The translations under genes and the position numbers were made by a program. Shown here one piece after another: positions 43,650 through 63,343 of a DNA stretch of 64,000 nucleotides. Position 1 is the first letter of the stretch; each line of letters begins with the position of its first letter. The stretch is from the NCBI RefSeq assembly GCF_009914755.1, contig NC_060933.1, one strand, 5' to 3'. A model generated the notes under the pieces. The model was not told the DNA's origin, ran no database searches, and was given only the letters and a program-made list of their open reading frames with translations. The DNA is from the human T2T-CHM13v2.0 reference genome, Homo sapiens.

Positions 43650-44490
43650 TGGAGCCAATTCCGATGGAGGCTCAGAGATCGCATTGCCTGGGTTCAAATC
43701 CTTGCTTGACAACTCACCAGCTGCATGACGTTGAACATACCATCATGTAACTCTTTAGGTCTCAGTTTTTTCATCTGCAAAATGGGAGTAGTAATAGTAT
43801 GTACGCGATAGAACAGCTGTGAGGATTCAATGGGAATATCAAATGTGTGTATAGAATTTAGTGCAATCAAATAGAGCTCTATTAATTTTTAATCAAGATA
43901 TGTGCCAGACCTTGTACTAGACACTTTACATATATTAGCAGCTGACACCAGCAGGTTCCCCTAAAAGCTTGAATCACCTCTCCTGGGTCTGATCTTTGTG
44001 GAGGATCCTGGGTTAAGATGGGAGCTTTGGTGATTGCTGGAGAGCTCCACAGGGCAGTGGCTCAGCATTGTCAATCTCTCCTTGGGCAAACCCTACCTTT
44101 GTGTCTGAAAAAGTCACTTCTAATAGCAGAGTCCCTTTGAAACGCCTTAAGTTTAAGGGAGACAGGCCAGTACCACTTGTTGGATAATCTCTAGGTTCCC
44201 AGCATCTCAAAATACTTCATATACTTCAGCTCAGTCGGTCCTTGTGAAAACTCCACAATGCCAATGTTATTGTCCCATTTTGCAGCTGAGGGACATCATA
44301 GTGTGCGGTTGTTAAAGACCACGGGCTCTGGAGCTATACTCCTTGGATTCAAATCCAGGCTCTTCCATCAACTAACTGTATGACCATGGGTACTTGACGT
44401 CTAAGATCTGTGCCTCTGTTTACTTTTCTGTTAAATGGGAATAGCAGCCAAATTTCACAGGTGATAGTGGGAATTCCATTAGCTATTTAA
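43650..44490. mobile_element. MIR cluster (43650-43870 +, 44200-44290 -, 44300-44490 +)
   Basis: CCTGGGTTCAAATCC...CTCAGTTTTTTCATCTGCAAAATGGG cores. Confidence 0.75.
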
Positions 44491-44559
44491 TGATTCCCCA
44501 TAAATGGTAGCAGGAGGCTGATGCTGCTGGTGAAAAATGATCAGAAAGGAGAAGTCCCA

Positions 44560-44863
<304 letters not shown>

Positions 44864-45229
44864 GGAGAAGTCCTACATCTAGGGTACTTAGCCAGGAAGA
44901 AGTAGAAGTAAGTCTGCAGCCTGGAATCCAGATAGGCTTGACTCTAAAGCTTATGCCCTGATCAACAGTATTGTGTTTTCCTCCTTAGCTGAGCTTTCCT
45001 AATCAAATTAGTTCTAGACAGAGCCCAGAGGCTGCTGAAAGGCCACCTTTATAGGTGGAAGGCAACAGTAGCCGCTCTTATGGAGCTACTTCTCAATAAG
45101 GACCTAGCACAGACCTAATGACTCACACTTGATCAAGGAAAACAGTTCACAGACCATCACAGGCTAATTCTTCTGGTCCATGCAGTGCAGGCATTCAGGG
45201 ATAATGTGTCTGGCTTGTACCACTGATGA

Positions 45230-45878
<649 letters not shown>

Positions 45879-46536
45879 TGCACATTTGCTATTTTTGTAG
45901 ACTCTTTTAGGGGATGTCTGTCCTTTTAGAGAGAGAGAGGAAGAATATGCAATCCAGGATGGAGGAATAGACTGCAGCCAGCATGTCAGGAGGGGATAGA
46001 TGGAGAGGGCGAGGAATGATATTTGGGTACCTGCTCTATGTCCAGCACAGAGCCAGGTGCTTCCCTGATTGGATAGGTACTGTCTCCCCACTACCCCGCA
46101 GAATAACTCAGGGAGCTGCAGGGCCTTGTATAAGGTCACACACAAAGAAGTGGTGGAGTGACTGTTTCAGTCCTCCTGGTCTGATTTCAGTGTCTTTAAC
46201 ACCCCAAGACCTTTTTCACCCATGCCCTGAGCACATGCTGGTCTCTGCCTGGAATTTCTCCCATTCTGGGCATACTGCTACATTCTAAAAAATTCTTTCT
46301 TTAAGCTCTACGTTTGCTTCACAGTTTCACCACACATGCAATTATTTATTTATTTGCCTTTAAGCTTGGGGGGTGCGTGGCGGACAGATTTCCACAATGA
46401 AATGTAAATGACAAGAGAGCAAGGCATTGTCTGCCTTGTTCATCCTATGGCCCCAGCACCTAAAACAATGCTTGGCCCTTAGTAGGTATTTAATATTTCC
46501 TTAATAAAAAAAAATAAGAGCAAAGAATCTGACTCA

Positions 46537-47549
<1,013 letters not shown>

Positions 47550-48768
47550 TACCACCTTGCTTCTTAACTCTCTTTTGACAGCCAATGATAGAAGCCTCTC
47601 ATTTGAATGGGCACAGCCTGGCTTTCTGGGAGGAGCTAATCTGCCTTTCCTCCTATTCCAACTGCGTCTACTCAGGATTTACCCTCCAAGGACATCTCCA
47701 AAAATGCTGGGGCTGGGGGAATCTGAAGCCTTCCCATCCGTGTGGCCTGGCAGGCATGCTAGCCTCTTGGCTTGGAGTCACCACTTAGCACCTCACCTTT
47801 CCTCTTTATAGAGGGAGAACAAAGATCGAAATGCCTCGTCCCCAGACAAAAACAGACACAGCATTTTAATGATTAACACTGTAACCGTGTTATTGGCCTG
47901 CGCAGGCCTCTTGCCATCAGTGAGGCAGGAACAGCCCTGCTGCCTCTTGCTCTAAACCCCAGGGGGAAGGGTAATTTAATAAAGATTCAGTGCTTCCCTG
48001 TGAAAGTCCCAGGACATACTTCCTCCTGCCATTGAGAGGTTGCTTGGTAGGTTCTGGGCATTTCTGAAACTCTCCACTGTGACCCACAGTGTATGAGCCT
48101 TTTTTACCTGCCCCCAGGTGCTCTGCTGGGTACTTTTCATCTATTATCTCATTTTTTATTCTCCCAGTCACCCAGCCAAGCAGCTGGACCTATCTCCATT
48201 TTACAGTTGTGGAAGATGAATCCAAGCTTTAATCTTTCATTCCCCTGCTAGACCAAGGAATGCAGAAATACCTAAAGAAACATCTGGAAGTAAAAGATGC
48301 TGCCACAAAGAAGTTCAACTACTTCTTTGTCTCTTCCTTTTGGGGTGATTTTTCTTTCACTTTACTTGTTCTTGTAAAGAATCTTCCTACCTTTCCATTG
48401 CCCCTTCCCTCCCACCCACTCTACCCCTGTCATTCTCCTTAGTTGATCTGGAGTGGATGCAGAGGGACCTACATTTGTTTCAGCATAATTCACTCGTCAG
48501 CCTTTTATTCAGGTGCTGACTTATCCGGTTGTAAATTCAGTCATTCATTCCATGCTCATTTCCTGTTCTCCTTCTATGTTCAACACCAAGCTCCATGCTG
48601 TGGATTCAAAGGTGGTCGTGGTGTGGTCCAGATCTTCAAAGCCCTCATAATCTAGTGGGGAAAGAAGAGATGCAAGCAAGCAGTTTCTAATTAACATGAT
48701 GAGAGCTCCTAGAGAGGGACTTACACTGTGTTGCAAGAACATAAGGAACAAAAATCAACCTGAAGATA

Positions 48769-49090
<322 letters not shown>

Positions 49091-49199
49091 TCATGGAAGA
49101 CCTCCTAGAGAAAGTGTCACGAGAGTTGGGAACTGAAGCAAAAATAGGAGTTTATTAATTTCTCTTTAATTCCTTTAAAGACCATATCAGTGGTCTAGA

Positions 49200-49766
49200 C
49201 CCACCTGCTTCCAGTCTCCTGCATTTAAGCAGACATTCTCCATGTCACATACCTGGCCTTTCCTGACAATAGCTGTTGAGACCAGAGATTGACCTCAGGC
49301 CCCAAGTAAGCTAATTCTTAGATAGGCTGGAGATCATTGATTAGTGGCCTGACTTGAAAAGTTGAGCTCAGCCAATCAGATTCCTTCTTCGGGAAGTTAG
49401 ACTTGGGAAGAGAGGGATGGATCTAGTTGGTGCTGGTGCTGCATTTGCAAATATGCAAGGTAGAATTGGGAAGCCACAATGATTGTCTACCAGTGAAGGT
49501 GTAGGGACACTAAAGCAACAAGGAAACAGGAGACGCCTAGGGAGAAAGCAGAGATGTAGCGAGGGCTAGAGAGTCCAGTGACTTCAGAAACAGAAAAAAC
49601 ATTAGGAGCTGCCGGGGGTGACAATGTTTCTCAGTCCCCACTGTGGCCCTTCCTGTCCTGGAATGTCTGCATGAGACCACTGAACAGCCCCACATACATT
49701 CCCCGTCCTTTAAAAATGAGCTTAAATGAGCCTTGGTTCTTGAAACCCAGGGTCTTAGCTATAACA
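49200..49766 (+). mobile_element. MLT1K/L-like MaLR LTR
   Basis: GCCAATCAGATTCC..GACTTGGG and 3' end TTCTTGAAACCC..TAACA. Confidence 0.5.
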
Positions 49767-50406
49767 ATATTCCAAAAATGTTTTCATGGAGAGCAGGGCT
49801 TTTCTAGTTGAGTAAGAAGAAGAGAGAGGTGATAGTGGAACATTCTAAAATAACCAACGTTAGCTCTGAGAGGGTGGGAGGTTCAGTTTGGCTGGGCCTA
49901 GAGTCAGTGATGGGGCTGGTAAAATCTGGAGCCAGACTGGAAGGGCTTTGAGAAGACACCTTCGTCTTCGTAATTTATGGTGAAATTGTAGTAACAACAA
50001 GTCAGTTCTACAAGTAACACTAGTAAATCAGGATGCACAAGACAGGGCTTTGCCAGGAATGAGCCCATCCATTTCCCTTTTATTCCTGGCCTCACTTTAT
50101 AGGTAGTTCTCATCAGAGGCATTTTATCTTGGCTGAACTTTTGGCAATGGCAAAGCTGAGGGAAATGCTTTTTTTTTTTTTTTTTTTAAACAAGCCTCCA
50201 CCTTTTTACAGGCCCCTCTTGCCAGCACTTTCTGTTATCAGGAGCTGGGAGATTTCATAGTTCTCATTTGTCATTGAACTAGAGTGTTTTCCTGTCCTGC
50301 CTCTTCCCAGGGGTGTTGACCTTGGAAAAGTGACTCAGTCTCCTTGAATCTCATTTTCTTTACTTGTAAATGAGGGTAATTATATTTACCCAGCTGAATT
50401 CTAGGG

Positions 50407-51058
<652 letters not shown>

Positions 51059-51449
51059 CCTTAGTAGTCTTACGAAATCCAATCAAGGCAACTTATGGGG
51101 TAGGGCTTTGGGACTGAGGGTGTGCTTTATATGTAACTTGCATATGTGAACCGTGTTTATGGGATCATAATGTAATGCCGATCTCATGTTTCCTGAATGT
51201 TTGTAACTCTTTCTTTGTCTTCTCTGGTTATATTCTTGGGCTGACAATGTTTTCTGGTATGTCCTTTTCTCTTTGCTTGTGACTTGGCATTCTATTCTGC
51301 ACTGGAACACAGTATGTCCGCATACAAAGGCTGCAGGTTTTAGAGTCAGGGTTGGAGCTAGAATTTGGGCTCTGATACTTTCTAGTGATGAGATGTTGGA
51401 CAAATTGTTTGATTGTCCCTCAACTTCTGCATTAATTTAATTTAACTTA

Positions 51450-51741
51450 ATTAATTTATTTTTTTGAGACAGGGTCTGGCTCTATCACCCAGGCTGGAGT
51501 GCAGTCATGATAACTTGGCTCACTGCAACCTCCACCTCCTGGGCTCAAGCCATCCTCCTACCTCAGCCTCCTGAGTAGCTGGGACTACAGATGTGTACCG
51601 CCACACCTGGGTAATTTAAAAATTTTTTTAGAGATGGGGTTTCACTTTGTTGCTCAGGCTGGTCTCCAACTCCTGAGCTCAAGTGATCAACCCACCTAGG
51701 CCTCCCAAAGTGCTGGGATCACAGGCTTGAGCCACTGCCCT
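51450..51741 (-). mobile_element. AluJ within a MIR (about 51330-51850)
   Basis: Antisense dimer with MIR halves on each side. Confidence 0.9.
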
Positions 51742-52229
51742 CTTTTCTATTAACAGAGTGCTGATAATACCTAGCTGGTGGCTATTGTGAGAATTAAATG
51801 ATTTAATGTGAAAAACCATGTCTTGTGTCTAGTAGGTACCCAGTAAAGCAGCTTGCTTTGCTCTTGTACTCTGATGACATTTTTGTCTGTCTTACATTCT
51901 GTGTGATTTGGAGGCTCAGGAAGTGGCACAGGCAGGCTAATAAACCATGGTGGCGGCAGCATCATAGATCGTGATGTCAGCATAGCCCCCATACTTTGCT
52001 GTTGCCCCAAGAGGAGCCAGAATCAAACACTATGGGTGAGCTAAGTGCTGAATCCCTTCTCTTTAATAGTGTCTCTACCTCAAGGGACCCCTGGAGCCCA
52101 CACAGCCACAGAGTCCCAAAAGGTCCCTGCTGATGGGGCTCGGGCTATTGGGCACAGATGCTGTTCGGTGCCTGTCCTTTGCTTAGGGCATTCTTCCCAG
52201 CTGACAGAGCCCTGGTTTAGTCATGGAAG

Positions 52230-53050
<821 letters not shown>

Positions 53051-53429
53051 TATCAAAATCCTCAAATAAAATGTGAGGAAATGGCTTTGCCGGTACTGTG
53101 CAATGCTGAAGGCAGAGTGATGTTTGAGAATTCCTGGGCATGGACTCTGCTTTCTTTCTGCAGTTGAGGAAATGGACTCATTCATGTTGTGTTTAAACAT
53201 TCCCTTGAATAGAAGCCATAGATGTTAGAGTAAATTCTATTCTAGTGACATGAGCAACGAGTAAAAAAGAGCAGTGACATAGCCCTTTGAATCTCATTAG
53301 AAGCCTCACTAAGATGTGTGCTGTGATCTGCACCTGACTGACTGACGTGTTATTCTGAATTCAATAATATTCTCTACCTTTGAATAATTAAAACGGGGAC
53401 TTACTATAATGGGTAAGGATGTGTAGGGG

Positions 53430-53463
53430 TGTGTGTGTGTGTGTGTGTGTGAGTGTGTGTGTG
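53430..53463. repeat. (TG)n microsatellite
   Basis: Seen directly. Confidence 0.95.
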
Positions 53464-53529
53464 CCTCTTCTGTAACTCACCTGAAATCCCTGTAGTTGTT
53501 CTATTTGAGGTAATACATTTCCTAATAAT

Positions 53530-53862
53530 TCTTCTTCTTTCTTCTTTCTTCTTTTTTGAGACAGGATCTTACTCTGTCACCCAGGCTAGAGTGCAGTGGT
53601 GCAATCATAGCTCACTGCAGCCTCAAACTCCTAGGCTCAAGTGATCCTCCCTCCTTAGCTTCCTGAGTTGCTGGGACTACAGGCACACGTCACCACACCC
53701 AGCTAATTAAAAAAATAAAAACACTTTGTGTGTGTGTGTGTGTGTTTAGAGCTGGGGTCTTGCAATGTTGCTCAGGCTGTCTCAAACTTCTATACTTTAG
53801 TGATTCCCCACCTCAGCCTCCCGAAGTGGTGGGATTGCAAGTGTGAGCCACCATGCCTGGCC
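53530..53862 (-). mobile_element. AluJ with (TG)n in its linker
   Basis: Antisense dimer; TG run at 53727-53745. Confidence 0.9.
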
Positions 53863-54200
53863 TAAATTTCCTAATTCTTTAAGTCGCTTTAAGTTGAGTG
53901 GCTTATTCTTTGCTCTTGAAAACACCTTAATTGATATATGTTCCAACTGTGAGTGTTTGGCCAGTGGGTTCAGGGGTAACACTGGGGTTAGGGACACAAA
54001 AGCATATGCTTTCTAAATTTTGCTCTAAGTTTTCACAGTGAATCTGAGAGATCATGTTTGAAATAATCCAGTCCATTCTGCCCTTCATTCATTTGTTTGT
54101 TTGAACCTGTTGAGTGCTTCTCATGTGTCAACCACTGTGCCTGGCACTGGGAATGCATTGGAGAAGCGGTCTTGCCTTGGGAACATCATGATCTAATTGA

Positions 54201-54654
<454 letters not shown>

Positions 54655-55124
54655 TAGAAAACCCAGGTTTGTGTGGCGCTGGTTTCAATAAATGTGTCCA
54701 TCATGTTGGTCAGCAAGAACATCACGTTGGGAAGTGTAATAGCCATAGCTTTTCTTTACATGCTAAAACACAATAAATATTTACATTGGAGGCAGAAAGT
54801 AACCACATATTAAATATCTGGGTCTCAGATCATGGGTTATTGGTTTTCAAATGGGCATTTTTTTCAGCTTTATGATCCACCCTAGTGACAGTGGTGATAC
54901 TTCTCTATACTTCTGTGCAGGTCCTGATGTGTATTCACTGGCTCTTGTGTCCTTATCTTATCTAAAGCATTGTAGAAGAGAACAAATACATCTAATCTTC
55001 AGGACAGTGCCTTTGCAGGTGGACAGGGATAGCATATCAAGCACTGAACACTTTGAGCCGGGGAGGCTTTGAGCTTGTGATGTCTTCAGGGAAATGAACA
55101 TGTGACATGGGGGAATAAGTCTGT

Positions 55125-55875
<751 letters not shown>

Positions 55876-56537
55876 TAGAGGAGAGCCCCACTTAGGACCT
55901 GGCCCTTTTTTCTCATCCTGCATGTTGCCCCTCAGAAAAGAATAATTGAACCAGGCACAAGAGAGAAGGGCTTTTGGTGGATGGAGGATGGCGGTTTTGG
56001 CAAAGTGTTCATTTTTCTTTTCTTCAAGCTCAGATGAGGAAACCCAGGTAGGTTGTGAGATGGTATGAAGTGTATGTATTCATCACGAGGGCCCCCACGG
56101 GGGCGGAAGGCAGGAGCTGAACTCCTCCCTGGTGTTCAGAGCTGGGGTTGATTGCATGGAGTGAGGATTCTTGGTAAGTGTAGAGTCCAGGCTCTACCCT
56201 TGATAATTGCTCCTTCTCTTCTTTGTAGCTTTTACTTGTATTGCTTCTACCACATCATAAACAGTTTATTATATTTCCATTCAATTAAACCCAGGTTTAT
56301 TGAACTAGATTCAGCGATAGGTACAAGGGACATTGAAATGAATCAGACACTAGTCCTCGCGAGACTCATGAACTAGGGGGAGAGACTGACAGATTGACAG
56401 CCCAGAAAACTCAGTATCTAAGTGTCCCTATAAATAAGACACACAGGGGCTAAGAGAGCACAGAGATGGGGCTTCTCACCAGCCATGAGAGGTCATGACG
56501 ACTTGGGGAACAGTTAGTTCAGTGTGACTGGAGCTGA

Positions 56538-56760
56538 GTGTCTGTCTTAGTTCAGGCTGCTATTAGCAAATTACTATGGACTGGGTGGCTTAGAAAACAG
56601 AGATTGATTTCTCACACTTTGGGGACTGAAAATCCAAGGTCAGGCTGCCAGCATGGTCAGGTTCTGCCACGGTTCCTCTTCCAGGTTGCAGACTACCAAC
56701 TTTCTGTTGTAGCCTCTCACATGGCGAAGAGAGGGTGGGAGAGAGTTCTCTGGGTCCCCC
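56538..56760 (-). mobile_element. MLT1A-type MaLR LTR fragment followed by a truncated Alu (56765-56978)
   Basis: TGTCTTAGTTCAGGCTGCTAT...ACTGGGTGGCTT...TTTCTCACA...CCAAGGTCAGG.TGCCAGCATGGTC. Confidence 0.85.
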
Positions 56761-57449
56761 CGATATTTTTTTGAGACAGTCTCTCTCTGACGCCCAGGCT
56801 GGAGTGCATTGGTGCTATCTCAGCTCACTGCAACCTCTGCCTCCTGGGTTCAAGCGATTCTTTGCCTCAGCTTCCCAAGTAGCTGGGACTACAGGCACAC
56901 GCCACTGCCCTTGGCTAATTTTTGCAGTCACAGGGTTTTGCCATGTTGGCCAGGCTGGTCTCGAACTCCTGATCTCGTTATAATACTCCTTATAATGTAA
57001 TGATGATTAGCATTATGTTTTTATTGTAATTGTCATTATGATTATTAAATTTATGCATCAAACATTTATCCTAGTTCTGAGCTGTGTACCTCTGAATCCA
57101 AGATCCCATTGTAACTTTACAACAGCTCTAGGAGGTTGGCATGATTCCTACAGCCCAAACATTCTGCAGCTTTTCATTCTGAATCTGGTCATTTTGCATA
57201 ACTCCACATTGCCTGTTTATTGTAAAATCAACTTGTAAGGAAATAAAAAGCACAAGTAAAATAACCCTGGATCTATATGACTTCCACATCACCTGTTTGT
57301 TTTTACACCCTCCCTTCCTGTAGTGATCCACATGTGTTTAGATTTTGATTACAGGTATATGTTCATTTTTAAATATAGGTACAATCTGTATGATGTTATA
57401 TCCTTCCTTTATCACTTAACATTATTTTCTATTCTATATTGCCATGTTT

Positions 57450-57765
<316 letters not shown>

Positions 57766-57959
57766 TATATTGGGACATTTTTCTAATACTTTATAATTTT
57801 CTCTGGCTGTAGTAGCTACCTTGTGGATATGCCATTATTCACTCACTTAAAGACGGCTATTTTTTGAACATTTTAGATTATGGCGACTATCTATGTCTAT
57901 GGTGTTTTGAAAATTTCTTCTGAGTTGACTTCTCGGAGTAAATTGTCAGGAGAGGAGTT

Positions 57960-58680
<721 letters not shown>

Positions 58681-58894
58681 GCTTGATCTGTGAGCAGTGT
58701 ACAGTATACAGACAGCCACACGTTTCAGTGTAATCACTTGCTCCAAAAATCTGGATTCTGTTTAGTGAAATTATTTAATTCTTCTCTCCTGACTCCTGTG
58801 TGGCCTCCTGATGCGTTTCTCTGTTTTCACTTTTGTCCTTCTTCAATCAATTTGCCACTCAGCAGCCAGCATAACTGTGTAAGCGTGCATCATG

Positions 58895-59345
58895 CATGAG
58901 CTGCAAGTTTGAGAAACCCCATAGTAACCCTGTCTCAAAATATTTAAAAAAAATAGCATTTAATGGCTTACATAGCTGAAAAGTCTGGATACATCTGGGT
59001 CCAAAGGGTCAAACTATAGCTCAGGACTTTCTCAGCTCTGCTTGCCTCTGGGAGTTACTCTTATGCATGCTGTCCCCCTGTTGTGGTAAGATGGGCACTA
59101 GCAGTTCAGTTTGCGTCTTTACCAACAGGTCTGGCTGAAGTCTTGTTTATTGGCCTGGTTGAGCGACATGCTGGGAGTGGGTTCGTGAATTGGTTGGGAT
59201 GATGGAGAGGCGGGGGGAGGCAGTAATCAATTAGCCAAGCATGGATTTCTGGTACTGCAGAGGGAAGTCAATACCATCCAAATCTCATAGGATGAAAAGA
59301 AAATAGCATTCTACTGCAAGAAGAAGACGTGGAATGCTGGGCAGG
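58895..59345 (-). mobile_element. MLT1K-like LTR
   Basis: GCTGCAAG..GAGAAACCC..TGGCTTACATAGCTGAAAAGTC..CTCAGCTCTGCTT. Confidence 0.5.
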
Positions 59346-59419
59346 CAAATGCAAGATGATCTCCATCATCATCTCCACCTCTGTCTTCATCTCCACTTAC
59401 ATTTACCTCTGTATCTACA

Positions 59420-59980
59420 GAGAGATTCTCCTCTCTCACTCATTACACTGTAGCCACACTGGCTTCCTTTCTCATCCTGGAAGCCCTGAACTCCCATCTG
59501 TCTCCAACACTTGGCACATGTTCCTTCTCTCTGCTTGGATCGCTCTTGGAATGACCCTTCAGCTCTTAGCTCAAATGACTTTTTCTCAGAAGCTTCCTTG
59601 GCTGTCTTTCCCTGGCTGTCCATTCAGGTGGGACTACTTCAATTAATTTCTTTCTTTCTAAGAAACAGGATCTTTTTATTGGCCAGGCTGGTCTTGAACT
59701 CCTGGGCTCAAATGATCCTCCCACCTCATCCTCCCGAGTAGCTGGGACTACAGGCATACACCACTGCTCATGATCCCCAATTAATTGCTATTCCATCACC
59801 TTGTCTGTCTCTTTGTTTGCCCCTTTGGTCTCTGTTTCTCTCACCAGTATGTAAGCTTGGAGAGGATAGGAACTGTGCCTGTCCTGTTCCTTGTGGTTTC
59901 TCTAGCTCCTCAGACACCTGGAACATAACAGGTGCTATGTGTAGAGTAAATCTGTATAAAGTAACGGAATGAATAGATGG
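59420..59980 (+). mobile_element. L2 3' fragment containing an Alu fragment (59650-59770)
   Basis: AGCCACACTGGCTTCCTTTCT..TGTAAGCT..CCTGGAACATAACAGGTGCT. Confidence 0.7.
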
Positions 59981-60114
59981 ACATTAGTGTCTTCAGTCTT
60001 CCTGGGTTGTGATGAAGTCACTTGCTTAAATAATATAGGTTTAGACCAGGGTCCCAAACTCAGAGACCAGGAGCCACCAGAGCTTAAGCTTTGTTCTTGT
60101 TGTTGTTGAGACAG

Positions 60115-60139
60115 TGTATTAGTCAGGGTTTCCTAGGGG

Positions 60140-60184
<45 letters not shown>

Positions 60185-60555
60185 ATTAAGCATTAACTTA
60201 CATGATCACAAGGTCCCACAATAGGTTGTCTGCAAACTTGAGGAGCACGGAGTGTAGTCCGAGTCTCAAAACTGAAGAAATTGGAGTCTGATGTTTGAGG
60301 GCAGGAAGCGTTCAGCAAGGGAGAAAGATGTAGGCTAGGAGGCTAGTCAGTCTCACGTTTTCATGTTTTTCTGCCTCCTTTAGATTTACTGGCAGCTGAT
60401 TAGATTATACCCATCAGATTAAGGGTGGGTCTGCCTTCCCCAGCCCACTGACTCAAATGTTAATCTCTTTTGGCAACACCCTCACAGACACACCCAGGAC
60501 CAATACTTCGCATCCTTCAATTCAATCAAATTGACACTCAGCGTTAACCATCACA
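60115..60555 (-). mobile_element. MLT2A (likely MLT2A1) ERVL solo LTR
   Basis: TGTATTAGTCAGGG...TTAACCATCACA termini; CCCACTGACTCAAATGTTAATCTC; 5-bp TSD GACAG/GATGG. Confidence 0.92.
60140..60183 (+). repeat. (GATA)11 STR
   Basis: 44 nt perfect repeat. Confidence 0.97.
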
Positions 60556-60669
60556 GATGGAGTCTTGCTCTGTCGCCCAGGCTGGAGTACAGTGGCACGA
60601 TCTCTGCTCACTGCAACAGGCACTTCCAGATTCAAGAGATTCTCCTGCCTCAGCATCCCAAGTAGCTAA

Positions 60670-60963
<294 letters not shown>

Positions 60964-61354
60964 TGATGTGAGATGCGTCTGGATTTTATAATCTGAAGGG
61001 TGTTATGCTAGGGCTTGTTATTGCCAATAGATGGATGAACCGTCTGGGGGTGGGATCCCAAGCCACCCCCACTTTGTCACTCTTTCTCCTCTCCCTTCCT
61101 TGCATGTCTGGTTTCTAGCTCTCTTATATCCTTATATATTAATCAGTTTATTTGCCAAATATTCACTGAGTGGCTGCACTATCCCTGCCCCAGTGCTAGG
61201 TGCTGGGTTATGGTGGTGAACAAGTCTTGTTTGGGGAGTTGTAGGGGTGTATTTGTGTGTGCGTGTGAGTGTGTGTTTGCACCTGTACATGTGTGCAGTA
61301 GGGAGAGCAGAGACAGGAATGAAGGACCCCTCCCCAACCCCAGCAACCTGTTGG

Positions 61355-61786
61355 CTTTTTTTTTTTTTTTCAGGGGGGACAGAGTCTCACTCTGTTGTCT
61401 AGGCTGGAGTGCAGTGACATGATCTTGGCTAACCTCCACCTCCTGGGTTCAAGCGATTCTCATACCTCAGCCTCCGGAGTAGCTGGGGTGGCAGGCGTGT
61501 GCCGCCATGTCCTGCTAATTTTTGTATTTTTAGTAGAGATAGGGTCTTACCATGTTGCCCAGGCTCGTCTCAAGCTCCTGGCCTCAAGTGATCCATCCAC
61601 CTTGGCCTCCAAAAGTGCTGGGATTACGGGCATGAGCTATCACATATGGCTAATTTTTGTATTTTTAGTAGAGACAGGGTTTTGCCATGTTGGTCAGGCT
61701 GGTCTCAAACTCCTGGCCTTATGTGGTCTGCCTGCCTTGGCCTCCCAAAGTGCTGGGATTACAGGCATGAGCCACCTTGCCTGGCC
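61355..61786 (-). mobile_element. AluJ-like three-arm element
   Basis: Right arm followed by two left arms. Confidence 0.88.
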
Positions 61787-62336
61787 GTGAGGTCTTCTCA
61801 CAGATTATTCTGCCTGTTTATTTGCAAAAAGGTGGGGACCCTTGGCTTTCAATGATAATTGTGTGTGTGAAGAACTGGCAGGTCATCAACTGTAATTTTT
61901 TTTAATTAAAAAATTAAGATGATCTTCAAAGGCACAAAATTAAAAACACCGGGAATGAAAATCACTAGGTTTCTCATTTGGTGTGGACACAACGGTTTGC
62001 TTCCTCTGATTTCTCCCCAGAGGCCCAGGGTATGGAGCAACCTCAGGCCAGCCTGCTTGGCTCTTCCTCATTTGGCCAGGGCGCTTGCTGAGTGTGAAGC
62101 CTTCTTCCAGGGCTCTTCATGTGAACAAACTGCATGCAGCCCTTGATTTCGTCACTGCCTGCAAGGGCTCAGGACCCTCCAAGCGTGCTTTTCATCTGGG
62201 AAATCTTTATTCTTTTATACTCTTCTGTCTGTCATCAGGATTTGGGCCTGATAACATAGTTTGAAACACTCCAGAGGTTTTGTCAAATGCCACTTTAGCT
62301 TTCTGGTGAAGACTCAAAGAATATATGCTGGGCTGA

Positions 62337-62807
<471 letters not shown>

Positions 62808-63343
62808 TCACCCCAGTCCTATCCTTTTCTGTCTGCTCTATTCACCCACGTACCTTTTGGTGGCCGTCATTAAAGGCAGAGGCTCTGCTTCTTTGGTTCA
62901 TGAATTATTTGCAGAAAACTTGCTTTGCCTGGGTTCTAGACTCGTTCAACATTGGGCCTTTGGCTGTAATTCCTATCTTCGGTCTTTCTCTTGCTCCTGC
63001 CCCTCATATTGACCAATTTATTTAGGTTCCCCCAGCTCAGTGCTTGGAGTTCCCTCAGGATCTGCCTTGGACTCCATCCTACTGGCCTTCCATAGGGTTC
63101 TCCAATTCCGGAAGTGCTCTGCAGGCCTCAGTCTCTAGCCTGGACTTGCTTAGTGGGTTCATCCAAGACTCAGATGCTTACCATGGACCCAGCACTGACC
63201 AGACACCTGGAGGTTTGTTTGATCTGGTTGGCTCACACTGGGGGCAGCTTGTTCTTAGGATTCCTTTCCCTGAATCCCCAGAGGGCTTGATTCCCTACCC
63301 TTCACCCCCAACAGGTGTCCAGCATGCCTGTTGCCTGTGCTGA

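Noticed and set aside
61893-61916. AT-rich imperfect palindrome (also (TTAA)n at ~55132)
   Set aside because: Short, low-complexity and common.
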